From Bacillota bacterium (GTDB lineage: Bacteria; Bacillota; Desulfotomaculia; Desulfotomaculales; Desulfallaceae), in the NCBI GenBank assembly GCA_009781965.1, contig WQUS01000115.1, positions 1 through 28,743 on the forward strand: a stretch of DNA of 28,743 bases. The letters run 5' to 3'. The position numbers and the translations under genes are program-made. This document shows, piece after piece, positions 17,443-25,816 of the stretch. The stretch's first letter is position 1. Each line of letters opens with the position of its first letter. The notes beneath the pieces are model-generated. The model had not been told where the DNA came from. It made no database searches and saw nothing but the letters and a program-made list of their open reading frames with translations.

Positions 17443-17459
17443 CTTAAGATAACCTGAAA
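17443..17459 (-). promoter_or_regulatory. Candidate OmpR-family tandem box TTTCAG-N5-CTTAAG upstream of htrA
   Basis: 11-bp-spaced hexamers on the minus strand, resembling CiaR/MprA-type direct repeats. Lies about 45 nt upstream of htrA. Confidence 0.4.
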
Positions 17460-17511
17460 ATAAAATAAAAAAATTTTCAGGTAACAAATTTCAGGCGCCG
17501 CATAATAAAAT

Positions 17512-17657
17512 GTTACTGGTCAGACCCTGTGTTTGTTATTACTCATAGCCCAGGCCCGTAAAGTTATTAACCGTAAGCGATTTCTCGAAGAGTATGAGCG
17601 CACGGTTAATAACTTTACGGGCCGGATGATGCTGAACAGTAACGTGTGAACAGTAAC
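17512..17657 (+). repeat. Structured dispersed repeat, copy 3
   Basis: Starts GTTACTGGTCA. Perfect 22-bp stem 17553-17574/17602-17623 has a different arm sequence. Apical AAGCGATTTCTCGAAGAGTATGAGCGC. Ends TGAACAGTAACGTGTGAACAGTAAC. Confidence 0.93.
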
Positions 17658-17911
17658 AATAAAACGCCACCTACTGTTATCTTAAAATTTTGTTCCTTCT
17701 TTTGTCAACCAAAACAACAAATTCCCCTGCTGGGTTTGAAGCGGCATTGCGGTTTTGCAGCAATTATTATATTATGTAAAGATATAATCCAAAATAAATA
17801 ATTAATAGATAAGTTAGAAGTCAAAACGAGCGACTTTGTGAAAATTATTCCAATGTTGGCTGAAATCTGATGTGGGCTGGAATATGATTGCGCATGAAAG
17901 GGGGGAACATT

Positions 17912-19603
17912 ATGGGGTCGGTAATGATTTTGAGCGTTATTGGCGGCATGGGGCTTTTGTTATACGGGATGTATATTATGAGCGAAGCCCTGCAAAAGAT
18001 AGCCGGACACAGGCTGCGGGACGCTCTTGGTTCGATAGCTCAGAACAGAGTGCTCAGCTTAATCATGGGCGCCTTGATTACAGTATTGTTTCAAAGCAGT
18101 ACCGCTACCACTGTAATTTTAGTGGGACTGGTAAACGCAACAATTATCACGCTGAAACAAACTTTGGGCATTATTCTGGGGGCTGATATCGGCACCGCCG
18201 TCACAGCCCAACTGATTGCCCTTAAAGTGACGGAGATCGCGCTGCCTGTGGTGGGTTTTGGCGCCATCATTATTTTCTTTGCCAAACGGGATAAATACCG
18301 CCGCATCGGTCAGGCGTTTTTAGGTTTTGGCCTATTGTTTTTGGGTTTGAAGATCATGGCCGACGCCATGTCTCCCCTTCGCGATTCGCCGTTTTTTACC
18401 AATCTTTTTTTGCATATGAGTGATAATCCCCTCTTAGCCATTTTTACGGCGGCGGTGTTTACCTTTTTGGTCCACAGCAGCGCGGCCACCATCGGCATTA
18501 TGATGGTGTTGGCTATGCAGGGCATGTTGCCCCTGGTGAGCGCCATCTATTTGATTTATGGCGCCAATATAGGCACTTCTTTTACCGCCGTACTGAGCAG
18601 TCTCAGTTCTACCAGAGAAGCCCAAAGAGTTGCCGCGGCCCACGTTATTTTTAAAGTAGCCGGGGTATTGCTGTTTCTGCCTTTTTCCATTCCCTTTGCC
18701 AAATTGCTGGCCTCCGTTTCTTCGGATCCCGGTTTTCAAGTGGCCAACGCCCATACTTTTTTCAATATCGCCATCGCGGTGATCTTTCTGCCCTTTACGA
18801 ACTACTTTGCTGTTTTTTTGGAAAAAATTTTACCGGCCAAGAAAGGTTTCACCGGCGAGCCCATTTATCTGGATGATTCTTTGATTGGGACCCCTTCTAT
18901 TGCCATCGGGCTGGCTTTAAAAGAAGTTATTTATATCTCCGATAACGCGCTGAATATGTTAAAGGAAGTAAAAATGGTCTTAGAAAGTTATAGCGCCGAT
19001 CGGGCGGAATCAATTTTAAAGCTTGAAAACAGGGTGGACCAGCATACGTTGGCCACCAGGTATTATCTGACCCGGATCTTGAGAAACGCTCTGTCCCGGG
19101 AGGATTTTACCAGATGCTTAAGGCTGATTAATATCGTTAACGAGTTGGAAAAAATAGGCGATGTGATTGAAAAGGATTTGCTTTACCTGGCCGAAAGCAA
19201 AGAAATTAATAACGCCAAGTTCTCTGAAGAAGGCAAAAGAGAGCTGGAGTTGATGTACAATAATATTTATAAGCTGGCTAACATGGTGAACAATATTATT
19301 ATGACCAATGATTCCCGGACTACTTATGAGGCCTTGTGCCTGCAGGAGGAAATTACCGATCTGGAGTTCAGATCGCGTATTTCGCATATTCAGCGGCTCA
19401 GTAAAGGGATCAGCGAATCCGAGAACAGCAGCGCCATTCACTTGGAGTTAATCAACGCTTATTTGAGAATTGGGCAGCATTTGTTCCAGATTATTGAAAT
19501 TGCCAATGATCCGGAAATATTGGATACGAAAAACATGCATGATTTTTATACCGGCGATAATATTTTCGATGCGGCGGTTCCCAAACAGGTTACTAAGCAG
19601 TAA
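17912..19603 (+). CDS. Na+/phosphate cotransporter family protein with C-terminal PhoU-like domain
   Basis: Duplicated motifs QSSTATT...ILGADIGT and HSSAATI...GANIGT, AHTFFN, and a PhoU-like helical C-terminus (ELEKIGD). Confidence 0.93.
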   Translation: MGSVMILSVIGGMGLLLYGMYIMSEALQKIAGHRLRDALGSIAQNRVLSLIMGALITVLFQSSTATTVILVGLVNATIITLKQTLGIILGADIGTAVTAQLIALKVTEIALPVVGFGAIIIFFAKRDKYRRIGQAFLGFGLLFLGLKIMADAMSPLRDSPFFTNLFLHMSDNPLLAIFTAAVFTFLVHSSAATIGIMMVLAMQGMLPLVSAIYLIYGANIGTSFTAVLSSLSSTREAQRVAAAHVIFKVAGVLLFLPFSIPFAKLLASVSSDPGFQVANAHTFFNIAIAVIFLPFTNYFAVFLEKILPAKKGFTGEPIYLDDSLIGTPSIAIGLALKEVIYISDNALNMLKEVKMVLESYSADRAESILKLENRVDQHTLATRYYLTRILRNALSREDFTRCLRLINIVNELEKIGDVIEKDLLYLAESKEINNAKFSEEGKRELELMYNNIYKLANMVNNIIMTNDSRTTYEALCLQEEITDLEFRSRISHIQRLSKGISESENSSAIHLELINAYLRIGQHLFQIIEIANDPEILDTKNMHDFYTGDNIFDAAVPKQVTKQ

Positions 19604-19678
19604 TGCTGCCATAAGCCGGGAATCCAACGGACACTGCGTCATGGCCAATCTGATCAAAGAATGAGATGCAACAAGAGC

Positions 19679-19722
19679 AAAGCCGGTTTAATCCACTAAT
19701 TTTAGTGGGTTAAACCGGCTTT
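19679..19722. terminator. Intrinsic terminator hairpin
   Basis: AAAGCCGGTTTAATCCACTA-attt-TAGTGGGTTAAACCGGCTTT, 20-bp stem with one G-T pair. Confidence 0.8.
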
Positions 19723-19803
19723 TAACTTACTTTCTTTTAGCTCCATTTAGAGCTGGGTGTAAAATAATTAGCCTCCGTTTTTGAGCTTGGTGCTAGCTGA
19801 AGT

Positions 19804-19851
19804 GGCAGTGAATAGTAACGGCAGTGAATAGTAACGGCAGTGAATTGTAAC
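19804..19851 (+). repeat. 16-bp tandem repeat GGCAGTGAAT(A/T)GTAAC x3
   Basis: Read directly. Each unit ends in a variant of the element terminal motif TGAACAGTAAC. Confidence 0.9.
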
Positions 19852-19971
19852 GGTAAAAATGGCGTTTTTTGCCTACAGCTTTTTTATCATTGATTTGCCA
19901 TTGGCGGGCAGAATAGCAAAGTGAGCTTTGCACAATTACTAATTACTATTGAGGGGAAGGGAGGTGTAACG

Positions 19972-20433
19972 TTGAAAAAAACATTGGTTTGTTTATCTGT
20001 GGCAGTGCTTTTGTTGTTTGGCGTTATACAGGCGGTTTCGGCGGCCGGAATGGAGTGGGACGGCGGCCGGCAGATGAAGAATAATAGCATGAAGTTTAAC
20101 CTGCCGGAAAAGTTAAACCTTACCGAACAGCAAATCACTAAAATTAAAGAGGTGGCGCAAAAGAACTACGAGCAGACCCGCGGCTTGCGCATTAAACTGA
20201 TGGACAGCCGCCAGGAGCTTAAACAACTCAAGCTGCAGAAAAATCCCGATCAGGCGCAAATTGACGCCAAAACAAAAGAAATTACGGATCTGCAGAAACA
20301 ACTGCACGACATTATGCAGCAGAACAAAGAGCAGTGTCTGTCGTTACTGACCAAGGAACAACGGGAACAGATAAAACAGCTGCACGGTAACTGCCGTGGT
20401 TTTGCCGGTGGTTCAGGAGCGGCCAAACAGTAA
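19972..20433 (+). CDS. Spy/CpxP-like (LTxxQ) secreted helical protein
   Basis: TTG start with GGAGGT SD, signal peptide (AVSA-A), LNLTEQQ and LLTKEQR repeats, Gln/Lys-rich helices. Confidence 0.85.
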   Translation: MKKTLVCLSVAVLLLFGVIQAVSAAGMEWDGGRQMKNNSMKFNLPEKLNLTEQQITKIKEVAQKNYEQTRGLRIKLMDSRQELKQLKLQKNPDQAQIDAKTKEITDLQKQLHDIMQQNKEQCLSLLTKEQREQIKQLHGNCRGFAGGSGAAKQ

Positions 20434-20489
20434 TACTCTTTGCATTTATACTACGGTGCAGAATTTTGCAGAGCAAAACTCCGCAGCCA

Positions 20490-20521
20490 AAAAGCCTTCC
20501 CGGCTAGCCGGGAAGGCTTTT
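20490..20521. terminator. Bidirectional terminator between convergent genes
   Basis: Fully palindromic AAAAGCCTTCCCGGCTAGCCGGGAAGGCTTTT. Confidence 0.88.
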
Positions 20522-20543
20522 AAGATCGCGATTAGCAGCTGGT

Positions 20544-20843
20544 TTACCAGTTATTGCGGCGCTGTTGGAAACATTCCTTGCAATAGACCGGTTTGTCGCC
20601 GCTGGGCTTGAAGGGTACGGTGGTTTCCCTGCCGCACTCAGAGCAGATCGCTTCGTGCATCTGGCGCGGTCCGCGGTCGTAACCGCCTCTGTTTCTGTTT
20701 TGGGCCTTTCTTGCCGCCCTGCATTCGGGGCAACGGCCAGGCTCGTTGGTGAAACCTTTTTCCGAGTAAAATTCCTGTTCGGAAACCGTAAAGATAAAGT
20801 CGCGGCCGCATTCCTTGCAGTTTAAATTTTTGTCACTGTACAT
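20544..20843 (-). CDS. Double zinc-ribbon protein (CxxC-x17-CxxC type)
   Basis: CKECGRDF..EQEFY.EKGF..EP.RCPECR, then CSECG...VPFKP....PVYCKECF. ATG 20843 with GGAGG SD. Confidence 0.92.
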   Translation of the reverse strand: MYSDKNLNCKECGRDFIFTVSEQEFYSEKGFTNEPGRCPECRAARKAQNRNRGGYDRGPRQMHEAICSECGRETTVPFKPSGDKPVYCKECFQQRRNNW

Positions 20844-20961
20844 AAAAAAACCTCCACTACTAGTATTGCCCGTTCCGGGGAAGGTATTCATAAACTCTCC
20901 CAGGCTGGACAATCGGAAGGTTTCTGTACTTCACTTCACCAGTATTAACGAGCTTTTTCTA

Positions 20962-20990
20962 AGTATAATTTCAGGAGCAAAAAAAATCAA
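20962..20990 (-). promoter_or_regulatory. Putative sigma-A promoter for the Zn-ribbon gene
   Basis: TTGATT(20990-20985)-N17-TATACT(20967-20962), implying a leader of about 110 nt. Confidence 0.55.
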
Positions 20991-21087
20991 GCAATATTAT
21001 CTTTTTATAATATTTTTATGTTCCCGGTTGAGGATGTATAATGTAGTTGAGCAAGAATGTGGAAAAATAGATTAACGGAGGGCTGGT

Positions 21088-21867
21088 ATGTTTAAAGTAG
21101 CTACTTATAACGCCAATTCCGTCCGGGCCAGGCTGCCGATCATCATGGATTGGCTGGCGGCAGAAAAACCGGACGTGTTGTGTCTGCAGGAAACCAAGGT
21201 GGAAAACCACAATTTTCCCGCCGCTGATTTTAACGACCTCGGTTACCGGGTGCTTTATAAGGGACAAAAATCATATAACGGGGTAGCCGTTGCCAGTGTT
21301 CATGAATTGACGGAACTGTCAATTGATATTTCAGCTTTTGCCAGACCGGGGGAAGCGCGGCTGATTGCCGTGCAGGTTAAAGGCGTCAATATTATCAATA
21401 CCTATATCCCCCAAGGCAAAGCGCCGGACACCGATGAGTTTGCATACAAGCTCAATTGGCTCAGAGGCATGCGCGATGTCTTTGCCCGCGATTTCAGCCC
21501 CGACGCCTATTTGCTTTGGACAGGCGATTTTAATGTCGCTCCCGAGCCTATCGACGTACACAGTCCCGAAAAGCTGCTGGGTCATTTGGGTTATCATCCC
21601 ATGGAGCATCAGGCGCTGCAGTATGTGAAAGACTGGGGTTTTGAGGACATTTTCCGCCGTCATGTGCCCGAAGGCGGCCACTACACCTTTTTCGATTACC
21701 GGGTGCCCAACGGCGTAAAAAGAAAAATGGGCTGGCGGATCGACCATATCTGGACCACCGGGCCGCTGGCAGCATTATCCCGCGCCGCCCGTATTGATAT
21801 GGCGCCAAGGCTGAAAGAAAAACCGTCGGATCATACTTTTCTGGTGGCTGAATTTGAACTGGATTGA
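21088..21867 (+). CDS. xth: Exodeoxyribonuclease III / AP endonuclease
   Basis: ATYNANS, LCLQETK, YNGVA, NTYIPQG, TGDFNVA, YTFFDYR, GWRIDHIW and PSDH. Confidence 0.96.
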   Translation: MFKVATYNANSVRARLPIIMDWLAAEKPDVLCLQETKVENHNFPAADFNDLGYRVLYKGQKSYNGVAVASVHELTELSIDISAFARPGEARLIAVQVKGVNIINTYIPQGKAPDTDEFAYKLNWLRGMRDVFARDFSPDAYLLWTGDFNVAPEPIDVHSPEKLLGHLGYHPMEHQALQYVKDWGFEDIFRRHVPEGGHYTFFDYRVPNGVKRKMGWRIDHIWTTGPLAALSRAARIDMAPRLKEKPSDHTFLVAEFELD

Positions 21868-21953
21868 AGCAGATTGAACTGGATTGAAGTAAATTGAACT
21901 GGATTGAAGCAGATTGAACCGGATTGAAGTAGATTAAACTGGATTGAGCCGAT
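21854..21953 (+). repeat. 10-bp tandem array (TTGAANNNGA consensus) x10 with 20-bp higher-order period
   Basis: ttgaactgga alternates with ttgaag(c/t)a(g/a)a. The array begins inside the last xth codons and includes its TGA stop. Confidence 0.95.
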
Positions 21954-21988
21954 TTACACTATGAAAGTAACAAACGGGGAATGATCTT

Positions 21989-23113
21989 ATGCCGGATGAT
22001 AAACATGGGCCGCCAGCCGAGGCAAACCCGGGGGGCGCAAACGATGGCGGCGAAAACGAAGACCTGCGCCAAGGTCAAAATCGTAATGACGATAACGATG
22101 GCCATGCCGGCGACGACGGCTATGCTAACGGCGATGGCGGCAGCTATGATGACGACGATGGCGACAGCTTTGCCGATGATGACGGCGACGGTGATAGCTA
22201 TGACGATGATGACGGCGACGGTGATAGCGATGACGACGATAATGGCTATGAAGACGGCGATGCCGATGATTATGACGATTATCTGGAGGACGGTTACGAG
22301 GATGACCGGGATAAAGATTACCCGGCGGCTTACGATTTGGAATATCTGAAACAGCTTCCGGATGACGATGACGACGATTGGGAGGCTGAATCGGCAAAAG
22401 CGGCTAAACCTCCTTGGCTGCGCCTGGTGGCCCTTGGGACAGTGCTGATTTTTTTTGCCCTTGCCTTTGTGGTATCCTGGGCGGCGCTGCCCTTTCCATT
22501 GGCCGATCTGGTCAACCGTTCCCTGGAACTGCAGAAGGGCGGCGGCGTCCGGCAGCTGCAGGCGCCGGTAGTGCAGATAAATGTTGTCGCCCGGCAGGGG
22601 GCCGCTATTGGCGCGGAAAACAAGTCCGGCACCGGGTTCAATATCAGTCCGGAAGGATTGATCGTCACCAATCGCCACGTTATTGAGGGCGCGCTTAACA
22701 TGACCATTACTTTTTCCAACGGTAAAATCTACAAGGCCCAAAGCTGGCACACCCAGTCTGACTATGATTTGGCCGTGATCAAACTGCAGGGGGAAAACCT
22801 GCCGGTGGCGCCGGTTAACCAGGGCGGCTATCCCCAAATCGGGGAGCAAATCACCGTGGTAGGTAATCCGCTGGGCTTGAATAAGGTGGTGGCGGACGGG
22901 ACAGTAGACGGTTATCTGCGCGTGGGGGACAGCCCCGGACCGGTGTTCAGCATCGATGTTCCGGTTTACCCCGGCAACAGCGGCAGCCCGGTGTTTAACA
23001 GCAGCGGCCAAGTAATCGGGGTGGTTTTCGCCAACTACCAAAAGGAAGTTAACGGTCAAACCAAAACCTGTGGTCTGAGTGTGCCCATTAGGTTTTTAAA
23101 GACGCAGGCTTAG
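21989..23113 (+). CDS. Trypsin-like (S1C) serine protease without PDZ, with long Asp/Gly-rich N-terminus and TM anchor
   Basis: GTGFNI, TNRHVI (His), YDLAVI (Asp), GNPLG and PGNSGSP (Ser). TM helix near residues 144-167. Low-complexity acidic N-terminus. Confidence 0.9.
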   Translation: MPDDKHGPPAEANPGGANDGGENEDLRQGQNRNDDNDGHAGDDGYANGDGGSYDDDDGDSFADDDGDGDSYDDDDGDGDSDDDDNGYEDGDADDYDDYLEDGYEDDRDKDYPAAYDLEYLKQLPDDDDDDWEAESAKAAKPPWLRLVALGTVLIFFALAFVVSWAALPFPLADLVNRSLELQKGGGVRQLQAPVVQINVVARQGAAIGAENKSGTGFNISPEGLIVTNRHVIEGALNMTITFSNGKIYKAQSWHTQSDYDLAVIKLQGENLPVAPVNQGGYPQIGEQITVVGNPLGLNKVVADGTVDGYLRVGDSPGPVFSIDVPVYPGNSGSPVFNSSGQVIGVVFANYQKEVNGQTKTCGLSVPIRFLKTQA

Positions 23114-23131
23114 TAAATGGGAGGACCAGCG

Positions 23132-23806
23132 ATGTCAAGAGTAGCGCAAGTACTGGCGCTGCCCAAACAGTTTGGCAAAACCGGCGGTTATGATCTTCAG
23201 GTTGTCAGCTCTCAAGCGTCGGTGCAGGATTACCTCGATGCTTTAAACCGGGCGGTGGAGGAATTGCCTTTAAGCCGCAGCCGGAACAAAGGGACCGACT
23301 GCGCCGGCTGCGATTTGTGCTGCGGGGAACGTGCGCCCCTTACCTGGCCTGACATAGGGAGACTAAGAAAACATCTTGGTTTGAACGGGGAGCTCCAGAG
23401 CCTGCTGGATCGGGTGGCCCATATTGCGGTAGACGGCCCGGTGGTCGACATTACTCTTCGCCGTGCAGAGGACGGCCACTGCTGTTTCCTGGACCGAAGC
23501 AAAAAACTGTGCACCATTTATCCGGCCCGACCGCTGGTTTGTCAAACCTTTATCTGCTGTAACGGAACCGGCCGGGCGGCCGGAGTGCGTAAATGGGTGG
23601 TTAATTTGGGTGAAGACGAGTTGGTGCGCCAGTGGCTGCAGCAGGCCGCGGCGCGAGGGGAAAAACCGCGTTATCATTGGGGGAACCGGCCCAATCTGCG
23701 GCTTGACGACTGGCAGCCTAACGCCTTTACGGGCCTTAAGCAGTACTGTCAAGTACTGCTTAAGGATATTTTGCCGCCTGATTTATGGCATAAGTTGTTA
23801 AAATGA
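23132..23806 (+). CDS. YkgJ-family Cys-cluster (Zn/Fe-S) protein
   Basis: CAGCDLCC, CCFL and CTIYPARPLVCQTFIC. GGAGG SD before ATG 23132. Confidence 0.88.
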   Translation: MSRVAQVLALPKQFGKTGGYDLQVVSSQASVQDYLDALNRAVEELPLSRSRNKGTDCAGCDLCCGERAPLTWPDIGRLRKHLGLNGELQSLLDRVAHIAVDGPVVDITLRRAEDGHCCFLDRSKKLCTIYPARPLVCQTFICCNGTGRAAGVRKWVVNLGEDELVRQWLQQAAARGEKPRYHWGNRPNLRLDDWQPNAFTGLKQYCQVLLKDILPPDLWHKLLK

Positions 23807-23832
23807 CACTGGGAAATGGCGCTGTTAACTGC

Positions 23833-24996
23833 TTAACGCACTTTTCTGCTGAGCCTGGCGGTGTGCTTTTTCAACAGCAGTTTATATTTATCGTATTGTT
23901 CTTGCAGATATTCCCGGCCTTTAAACTTGGGATTGTTCAGCACCGTGAAGCCGAGCAGCGCCAGCAGGAGGAGCAAAACCAGGAACAAGGCTGTTTTCCA
24001 GCTTTGGCGAATGCTGGCCGGGCTGTTGATACCCTCAGTGGCGGTATTTCCATTGGCGCTGTTCTGCAGCTGATCAGCAGGCGGCGGATCCAGACCCAGC
24101 AATATCGGTACTGATTGTGCCAGTAGGCTAATACCGTTTTCGGCCGCCCTTTTTTCGTTGGTGTAAGTGCCGGCCTCAATAAGCAGGGCGGTGGAGAGCA
24201 GATCCTGGTTATAATTACCATGGGCAATATAAATTTCCTTCACCAGTTTAGGGTTTTGTTTATTGCTAAAAGCCAGCAGCCGCTTGGCGAAATCCAGGTT
24301 AGCAGCCATTTTGGGGTTCTGCCGCCCAACCACCAACCGCAGTTGGGTGGCTTGCCGATCAGCGGCGTGCTCGTAAAATTTGGGGTTGTCCACACCGTCC
24401 CGGTGCACGTCAAACATGGCCGCCGGTCTTTTTTTGAGCAATTTGAACGCGGTCCGGCGGGAGCGGTAGTAAGCGTTGGCGTCATGGGGGTCGTGGGGCG
24501 TGCGATCGTAAAGGACATTAACCTGTTCCTTTTTTAAAGCGGTGCTTAAGGAATTGCCCACCTGATAAATGCCCCCCTTAAAAGGGATGGTGTAGGTGCC
24601 GTCCGAAGGCAGGTAGGATTCATCCGAATGAGTATGATATATGGCGATCGGGCGTTTGACCCATTCGTCTTTAGCCGCTGCCGGTATTGTAAGATGGTCA
24701 TAATATTTAACCATGGCCAGATAATCTTGATCCCGGCCCATCAGTTCCACCCGGGCAATTTTTTTCCTTATTGCCGTCACCCGGTAATGCAGCCCGCCGG
24801 CGCTAATAATTTCGTCGCCGATATAGGGATGGCGCGAAGTTATGGTCACCAGACCGCCCTTTTGATTGACGAAACGGTAATTGTTGCCGGTTTGATGGTC
24901 GTTGTTTGCTTTATTGCCGCCTTGCACAATCAGGAATAATAGCGCCAGCAGTAATAATAAACCCAACGGAAAAACAGTTTTAAATTTGCACATCAC
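23833..24996 (-). CDS. spoIIP: Stage II sporulation protein P (amidase/endopeptidase)
   Basis: N-terminal TM, IYHTHSDESY, HDANAYYRSR, FDVHRDG, LVVG, GNYNQDL and LLIEAG. Confidence 0.92.
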   Translation of the reverse strand: MMCKFKTVFPLGLLLLLALLFLIVQGGNKANNDHQTGNNYRFVNQKGGLVTITSRHPYIGDEIISAGGLHYRVTAIRKKIARVELMGRDQDYLAMVKYYDHLTIPAAAKDEWVKRPIAIYHTHSDESYLPSDGTYTIPFKGGIYQVGNSLSTALKKEQVNVLYDRTPHDPHDANAYYRSRRTAFKLLKKRPAAMFDVHRDGVDNPKFYEHAADRQATQLRLVVGRQNPKMAANLDFAKRLLAFSNKQNPKLVKEIYIAHGNYNQDLLSTALLIEAGTYTNEKRAAENGISLLAQSVPILLGLDPPPADQLQNSANGNTATEGINSPASIRQSWKTALFLVLLLLLALLGFTVLNNPKFKGREYLQEQYDKYKLLLKKHTARLSRKVR

Positions 24997-25168
24997 GCCA
25001 CAACTCCCTGATTATACCTGAAAGATGCTTGAAATAACTTAACTTAAAAGAATTTTTCCCCGAACCGGCGGAGAATTATTATCCTTTTGCCGAGAAAAAA
25101 ATATAATGCTGTATCTAGTGTTGTGCCATTTGCGCGGAATAAAAACAAGCTCCGGGAGTTGGTTGCTG

Positions 25169-25507
25169 ATGAATAACCAAGAAACGCCGCCTTGTCCCAG
25201 CGGACGTTACTTAAAGATTGCCGCAGGCGACACCCTTTACCTGATTGCCCAGCGGGTGGGCACCACAGTTTCCGAATTGCTTTTGTTAAATCCTGGTCTG
25301 GATCATTTGCAGCTGCAGATCGGGCAACTGCTGTGCATCCCTCAGCGACCCTGTCCTTCCATGGTTTTCTGGGAAGTATCACCGGGCGATACTCTTTTTA
25401 CTATCGCCAAAGCCTCCGGTACCACCGTAGGGAAGCTGTTGGAGTTAAATCCGGGCATTGATCCCTTGAGCTTGCAGATTGGGCAGGCGGTTTGCCTGCC
25501 CGGGTAA
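25169..25507 (+). CDS. Two-LysM-domain protein (SafA-like spore coat/cortex protein)
   Basis: Two repeats of CP...GDTL..IA...GTTV..LL.LNPG.D...LQIGQ..C.P. GGGAG SD before ATG 25169. Confidence 0.88.
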   Translation: MNNQETPPCPSGRYLKIAAGDTLYLIAQRVGTTVSELLLLNPGLDHLQLQIGQLLCIPQRPCPSMVFWEVSPGDTLFTIAKASGTTVGKLLELNPGIDPLSLQIGQAVCLPG

Positions 25508-25515
25508 GCAAAGTC

Positions 25516-25548
25516 TCGAGGTTCGAGGTTCGAAGTTCGAGGTTCGAT
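25516..25548 (+). repeat. Heptamer tandem array TCGA(A/G)GT, 4 units plus a partial
   Basis: tcgaggt tcgaggt tcgaagt tcgaggt tcgat. Confidence 0.92.
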
Positions 25549-25568
25549 TTAAAGCTACTGGGCAGTGA

Positions 25569-25636
25569 GTTTACTGTTCACGCGTTACTGTTTGGCGTGC
25601 CTGGGCTTAGAGTACCAACAAACACTGAACAGTAAC
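25569..25636 (-). repeat. Internally deleted copy 5 of the structured repeat (opposite orientation)
   Basis: Minus strand reads GTTACTGTTCAGTGTTTGTTGGTACTCTAAGCCCAGGCACGCCAAACAGTAACGCGTGAACAGTAAAC: both ends present, most of the hairpin absent. Confidence 0.85.
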
Positions 25637-25816
25637 AGCCGATTTGATCGGGGCAGACAAATTTACTTTCCAGCCAGGAAAATAAATTCGTCATGCAGAA
25701 AAGGACATGCATATGACGATATCTGACGACATCTGGCGTTCGACAATTCATCAACAATTCTTCAAGACGAACAGCACTTATAGACGCAACGCGCCGCTAA
25801 ACTGGAGGAGAGTAGA

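Noticed and set aside
21959-23059. Long minus-strand ORF (366 aa) and alternate-frame ORFs 21981..22349 and 22125..22397
   Set aside because: Shadows of the GAT/GAC-rich protease gene. The products are low-complexity (VIAI, MTT or His/Arg repeats) with no recognisable domain.
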